Assembly (NCBI GenBank): GCA_965224485.1
Contig: CBDCZH010000007.1
Location: forward strand, 32,001-96,000
DNA length: 64,000 nucleotides
Direction of reading: 5' to 3'
Origin: Arcobacteraceae bacterium
GTDB lineage: Bacteria > Campylobacterota > Campylobacteria > Campylobacterales > Arcobacteraceae
The notes beneath the pieces are model-generated. The model saw nothing but the letters and a program-made list of their open reading frames with translations, was not told where the DNA came from and ran no database searches. Both the position numbers and the translations under genes were made by a program. This document shows positions 59,282 to 64,000 of the stretch, in pieces (position 1 is the first letter of the stretch; each line of letters starts with the position of its first letter).

Positions 59282-59427
59282 CTAAAAACTGTTTTGGATG
59301 GGCTATTTTGCGAATAATCAAGGCAGAGGTGTAAATTCGAGAGGAGCATACAAAGGTATGTGACGAACTAATTTACAACTCTAACGCAGAGTATTCGCAA
59401 AATAGCCCATCCAAAACAGTTTTTTAG
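59282..59427 (+). repeat. ERIC-like nested-hairpin element, copy 5
   Basis: Perfect 33-bp inverted repeat 59284-59316/59392-59424; CAAGGC 59319, GGAGCATAC 59343, GTATGTGAC 59356, AACGCAG 59383; overlaps the moaA TAA. Confidence 0.88.
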
Positions 59428-60386
59428 CCACCTGTTTCGTAGAAAGCCCGCGCCGAAGTTTCAGAATTTTCGTTCCACTTATTCTTCTCAGGTTTATTTT
59501 TAATCACATCTTTTAAAATAGCTGCTGCCTTATCTATATCATTAGCAAGCATCGCTTCTTTAATACTTTGAGCATCTTCAAAGTATAAACAAGGAATTAA
59601 CACTCCACTTGCTGTTAATCTTATTCTATTACAAGTTTCACAAAAATCATCTTTATGTGGTTCAATTATTCCAAAAACATAACCATCCTCACATTTATAA
59701 TCTTGAGAAGGTGAGCTACCAGTTCTTTCGCATTTTTCGAACTTATACCTTGCTTTTAAAATATTTTGAATTTGAATTGAGGTATAACCCTTAGTTGTAT
59801 CTAAGGCTTGTTCATTTTCCATAAATTCGATAAATCTAATTGTATAGTTTCTCTTTTTGCAAAATTCTAATAAATCACACAATTCTGTATCATTTACACC
59901 TTGCATAGGAACACAATTTATTTTTATTTTAAAACCAGCATCATCAGCTGCTTGAATTCCAGCTAAAACAGTTTTTAAAACATCTTTTTGAGCTATTTTT
60001 GAAGCAACTTCTGGTTTTAAAGAATCTAAAGATATATTTAATCTTTTTAAACCAGCATCTTTTAGTTTTTGTGCTGTTCTTGGCAATAAATAAGCATTAG
60101 TTGTAAGGGCTAAATCTATATCAGATTTATAATCACTAATCATTTTAATAAACTTATCTAATCCTTCTCTCAACAGTGGCTCACCACCTGTAATTCTTAC
60201 TTTTTTAACACCTTCATCAATACATACTTTAATAAATTTAAATAAATCTTCATACGATAATAAATTCTCTTTTGGAACCCATGAAAAAGGTTTCTCAGGC
60301 ATGCAGTATTGGCATCTAAAGTTACATCTCTCTGTTACTGAAACTCTTAAATAATCAACATTTCTACCATATCCATCTATTAGCAT
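59424..60386 (-). CDS. moaA: GTP 3',8-cyclase
   Basis: [25 protein letters not shown]-terminal GG. Confidence 0.96.
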   Translation of the reverse strand: MLIDGYGRNVDYLRVSVTERCNFRCQYCMPEKPFSWVPKENLLSYEDLFKFIKVCIDEGVKKVRITGGEPLLREGLDKFIKMISDYKSDIDLALTTNAYLLPRTAQKLKDAGLKRLNISLDSLKPEVASKIAQKDVLKTVLAGIQAADDAGFKIKINCVPMQGVNDTELCDLLEFCKKRNYTIRFIEFMENEQALDTTKGYTSIQIQNILKARYKFEKCERTGSSPSQDYKCEDGYVFGIIEPHKDDFCETCNRIRLTASGVLIPCLYFEDAQSIKEAMLANDIDKAAAILKDVIKNKPEKNKWNENSETSARAFYETGG

Positions 60387-60495
60387 AATTAACTCTCTTA
60401 TAAAATATAAACTAATATTATTTTTTTTAGTTTAATTTAATTTTTCGTTAGAATATTATAAACTGACTTAAATCATTAGTAAAAGGGAAAAAAGT

Positions 60496-61161
60496 TTGCC
60501 TACACAAGATACAATTAAGTATATTGAATTATTTAATATTTTAAATGAAAAAGAACTTGAAAAACTAACTAGTATCTCAAATGTTTTTAAATACCCAAAA
60601 GGTTCTATTTTATTTTATGAAGATGAAACTAATAAAAATATCTTATTTTTAAAATCTGGTTTAATCAAGATATATAAGGTTGATAAATATGATAATGAAA
60701 TTTTCTTGTATCATATAGCTGAAAACTCAATGGTTTCAGAACTTTCTTCTATATATCAAAAAGAAATAAGGTCTTTTGCAAATGCAGAATTCCTTGAAGA
60801 TTCAGAAGTTTTATCAATAAATTATGAATATTTTTCAAAATATTTTTTAGAAACAAATATTTTAACAATGCAATTTATGGAAATACTATTACATAAAAAT
60901 CATAAACTACAAAGTATTATTAATAGAGAATTAGTTTTTGATGCAACTGCAAAGGTTTCATGTATGTTAAATCAGGATTTGTTAATGGTAAATAAACTAA
61001 AAAGACAAAATATCTCTTTTATGTTACATATTCAACCAGAAACACTTTCTCGTGTTTTAAAAAAACTTCAAAGAAGTGAAACAATTAAAATAGAAAATGG
61101 CGAGATTATAATCTTAAATAATGAAGAATTAATATCAAACTTTAGAGGGGTATGCCTATGA
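60496..61161 (+). CDS. Crp/Fnr-family regulator (Dnr/NssR-like, no Fe-S Cys cluster)
   Basis: cNMP-like beta barrel, HTH PETLSRVLKKL. Confidence 0.88.
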   Translation: MPTQDTIKYIELFNILNEKELEKLTSISNVFKYPKGSILFYEDETNKNILFLKSGLIKIYKVDKYDNEIFLYHIAENSMVSELSSIYQKEIRSFANAEFLEDSEVLSINYEYFSKYFLETNILTMQFMEILLHKNHKLQSIINRELVFDATAKVSCMLNQDLLMVNKLKRQNISFMLHIQPETLSRVLKKLQRSETIKIENGEIIILNNEELISNFRGVCL

Positions 61162-62153
61162 CGAATAATACAATAAGCAAAAAAATAAAAACAATTGGAG
61201 CAATACTTGTATTTTTAATGTTATCAATAATAGCTACAACAATATATTTAAATGCCAAAAATAAAAAAGATGCCTTAATAATTAATATTGCTGGAAAAGA
61301 GCGAATGCTTACTCAAAAAATATCTAAAAATATTTTTTATTTATATCATAATGGCTCAAGAGATTTCGCGGAATTAGATAATGCAACTGAAGAATTTATT
61401 TATAACCTAGACTCGCTAAAACATGGAAATACTCTAAGAGGAATATCTAAAGTTCCAACAGATAATATAGCAAATCAAATTGTTAAAGTAGAAATATTAT
61501 GGAATAATTTTTATAAAAATGTACAAAAAATAAAGTCATTATTATTGGAAAAACAGTATTTACAAAGTTCGTCTTTAGATTCTTTTGTAAACTCAATTTA
61601 TAAAACTAATAATAAACTATTAGAAGAAGTAGATAATTTAGTATCTATGTATACAGCTTATAGTGAAGAAAAAACTGAAAATATTAAATATTTTCAATTT
61701 ATTTCAGCATTATTAATGTTAGGTTTAATTGCCTATAGCTTTTTTCAATTAAAATCAATTGAATCAAATGCAAAAAAGTTTTTTGAATTCTCAAAACAAC
61801 TTATTCAAAGTGATGAACCCTTAAAACCAATGGAATTTGAAGCAGAAGGTGAAATAGTTGAAGCTAGCAATAATATAAATTGTTTTATAAATAAGATTAA
61901 TACAGCTATGGATTATTCTGCTCTTGCAATTGAACAATCTAAAAATGCAAGTGAAAAACTTGAAGAAATTACAGATGAGTTTGATAAAGTGATTAATGAG
62001 TTAGAAAATAATACTGATGTATCAAAACATTTAAATAAAACAGAAGATATGGTTATTGAATCAACTGAAGATTTAATCAATTCTACAAAAAAATTACAAG
62101 ATCTAAAAAAAGAGCTTGATAAACTTCTCAAACACTGCAAAATAAAGGTTTAA
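61158..62153 (+). CDS. Membrane protein with NarX/PilJ-type periplasmic sensor domain and a cytoplasmic coiled coil only
   Basis: TM1, P-box-like INIAGKERMLTQKI, TM2; no H-box or GEQGRGF; ATGA overlap with the crp gene. Confidence 0.8.
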   Translation: MTNNTISKKIKTIGAILVFLMLSIIATTIYLNAKNKKDALIINIAGKERMLTQKISKNIFYLYHNGSRDFAELDNATEEFIYNLDSLKHGNTLRGISKVPTDNIANQIVKVEILWNNFYKNVQKIKSLLLEKQYLQSSSLDSFVNSIYKTNNKLLEEVDNLVSMYTAYSEEKTENIKYFQFISALLMLGLIAYSFFQLKSIESNAKKFFEFSKQLIQSDEPLKPMEFEAEGEIVEASNNINCFINKINTAMDYSALAIEQSKNASEKLEEITDEFDKVINELENNTDVSKHLNKTEDMVIESTEDLINSTKKLQDLKKELDKLLKHCKIKV

Positions 62154-62226
62154 TAATTACATAAAGTGACTCTTTTTCTTAATTAAATATTAAATTTACT
62201 AAATAAGTCTATTTTCTAAAATAAAC

Positions 62227-62267
62227 TTGATTTATATTATTATTTTTAATGAAATAAGTGCTATAAT
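62227..62267 (+). promoter_or_regulatory. Candidate class II Crp/Fnr-dependent promoter for nosZ
   Basis: TTGAT-TTAT-ATTAT (8/10 to TTGAT-N4-ATCAA) centred near -41 relative to extended -10 TGCTATAAT at 62259-62267. Confidence 0.55.
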
Positions 62268-62578
62268 TTACTCATAAATGCTGTTAATAACAATTAATAC
62301 AAAAGAATATACGCTTTCAACGTAATATGCCTGATGACTATTAATTTTGTCTAAGTGCTATTTTATCGCATTTTATTTTATATTTTATTAAATCATCTTT
62401 TATTTTATGTTTCCTTATAAAGAAAATATAATTTTTTAAAATGATTTTTTGATCTAATTTTAAATAGTATTCATTTTTAAGTTTTTAACTTAATTTTGGA
62501 TTTTATGCAGGATTAGTTTAGGGTGGTGCTTAAACTATGATGTAGCCAATTTTTGGCAAAAATAAAGGAGAAGAAGAA

Positions 62579-64000
62579 ATGAAAAGTTTTAGTAAACTTA
62601 CAACGTCGTTACTTTTAGGTGCTGCATTAACAACAAGTGTTGTAAATGCTCAAAGTGCTTTAGAAAAAGTAATGAAAGATAGAGGGCTTAACGAACAAGA
62701 TGTTGTTAGAGCCGCAAAAACATACAATCCAACTGGTGTAAAAGATAAATACGTAATTTTTTCATCTGGTGGTCAATCTGGACAAATAATTGTTTATGGT
62801 GTTCCATCAATGAGAATTTTAAAATATATTGCTGTATTTACTCCTGAACCATGGCAAGGTTATGGTTATGATGTTGATTCTTTAAAAGTACTTAGACAAG
62901 GTAATATTAGAGGAAGAGAAATAAACTGGGGAGATACTCATCATCCAGGTCTTTCAGAAGTTGATGGTAAATATGATGGTAAGTGGTTAGCAATTAATGA
63001 TAAAGCTAATCCAAGAATTGCTATTATTGATTTAGCAGATTTTGAAACTAAACAAATTGTTCCAAATCCTGTATTTAAATCAAATCATGGTGGAGCATTT
63101 TTTACTCCAAACTCAGAATATATAATTGAATCTGCACAATATGCAGCTCCTTTTGATAATAACTACCATGCTATTGAAGATTATAAAGAATCTTATAGAG
63201 GTGGAGTTACTATGTGGAAATTTGACAATAAAATTGGTCGAATTTTACCAAAAGAATCATTTACTTTAGAATTTCCTCCTTATCATCAAGATTTATCTGA
63301 TGCTGGAAAAGGTGAAAGTTATGGTTGGGGATTTACTAACTCATTTAATACAGAAATGTATACAGGTGGGATAGAAGTTGGTAATCCACCAAATGAAGCT
63401 GGTATGTCTAGAAATGATACTGACTTTTTACATGTATATAACTGGAAAGTATTAGAAAAACTTGCTAAAGATCCTAAAAATGTAAAAATCATTAATGATC
63501 ATAGAGTTATTCCAATGGAAGTAGCTGTTAAAAATAATGCTTTATTTTTAATTCCTGAACCTAAATCACCTCATGGTATTGATGTATCTCCTGATGGAAG
63601 ATATATGATTGTATGTGGGAAACTAGATACTCATGCTTCTGTTTATGATTTTAGAAAAATTAAAAAACTAATTGACAAAAAAGAATTTATAGGAAAAGAT
63701 CCTTACGGTATACCAATTTTAGATATGAAAAAATCTTTACATGGTCAAGCTGAATTAGGACTTGGGCCTTTACATAATCAATATTCAAATATTGATGGTG
63801 AAGTTTATACTTCTTTATATGTTGATTCACAAGTTGTAAAATGGAATTACAAAACATTAAAAGTACTTGACAAAGAAAATGTTCATTATAACATTGGTCA
63901 CTTAGCTGGTATGGAAGGTAAAACTGCTGATCCTCAAGGGGATTATATTATTGCACTTAACAAATTATCAATTGATAGATTTCAAAATGTAGGTCCACTA
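62579..64000 (+). CDS. nosZ: Clade II (Sec-dependent) nitrous oxide reductase, truncated by window end
   Basis: SD AAGGAG; Sec signal; RAAKTY, FSSGGQSG, YGVPSMR, WGDTHHP, NDKANPR, NHGG, PKSPHG, LGPLH, HYNIGH. Confidence 0.95.
   Translation, partial: MKSFSKLTTSLLLGAALTTSVVNAQSALEKVMKDRGLNEQDVVRAAKTYNPTGVKDKYVIFSSGGQSGQIIVYGVPSMRILKYIAVFTPEPWQGYGYDVDSLKVLRQGNIRGREINWGDTHHPGLSEVDGKYDGKWLAINDKANPRIAIIDLADFETKQIVPNPVFKSNHGGAFFTPNSEYIIESAQYAAPFDNNYHAIEDYKESYRGGVTMWKFDNKIGRILPKESFTLEFPPYHQDLSDAGKGESYGWGFTNSFNTEMYTGGIEVGNPPNEAGMSRNDTDFLHVYNWKVLEKLAKDPKNVKIINDHRVIPMEVAVKNNALFLIPEPKSPHGIDVSPDGRYMIVCGKLDTHASVYDFRKIKKLIDKKEFIGKDPYGIPILDMKKSLHGQAELGLGPLHNQYSNIDGEVYTSLYVDSQVVKWNYKTLKVLDKENVHYNIGHLAGMEGKTADPQGDYIIALNKLSIDRFQNVGPL

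Noticed and set aside
1387..59427. Hairpin family as CRISPR repeats, integron attC sites or plain intrinsic terminators
   Set aside because: Copies are dispersed rather than arrayed. I saw no consistent RYYYAAC/GTTRRRY ends and no cas or intI gene. They are much longer than terminators and carry conserved internal loops.
2137..62140. Antisense or overlapping ORFs in the track (e.g. 2137-2499, 6005-6391, 11630-12442, 30196-30501, 39489-39839, 45762-46100, 48262-48612, 61913-62140)
   Set aside because: Shadow frames opposite well-supported genes, rich in Ser/Phe/Ile, with no SD or family motifs

Overview
This is a very AT-rich chromosomal segment from a Campylobacterota bacterium; gene content and order point to Arcobacteraceae (inference). 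Most of it is core genome: xseA, ubiE, mfd, ccmA/M23/folC/lptE/leuS, secDF-yajC, lnt, cca, proS, hemA, hisD, aroK, fba, hsrA plus kinase, rpsO, moaA and tRNA-Leu(CAA). Small accessory inserts include BrnT/BrnA and MNT/HepT toxin-antitoxin pairs, a Cu-ATPase operon, a sulfide dehydrogenase flavoprotein and a primase-like/helicase fusion. The window ends inside a clade II nosZ, preceded by a Crp/Fnr regulator and a NarX-like sensor that has no output domain. The most striking structure is five copies of a 146-149 bp nested hairpin. Only four short motifs are conserved between copies (CAAGGC, GGAG-stem, stem-TGA, AACGC), and they match the ERIC core. The stems differ completely between copies yet stay paired. 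All five have the same orientation and abut or overlap the stop codon or CCA end of a minus-strand gene. A second signal is that at least three genes appear to start at ATT or ATC codons; one of them is absent from the ORF track. All calls come from reading the sequence by eye; no searches were run.
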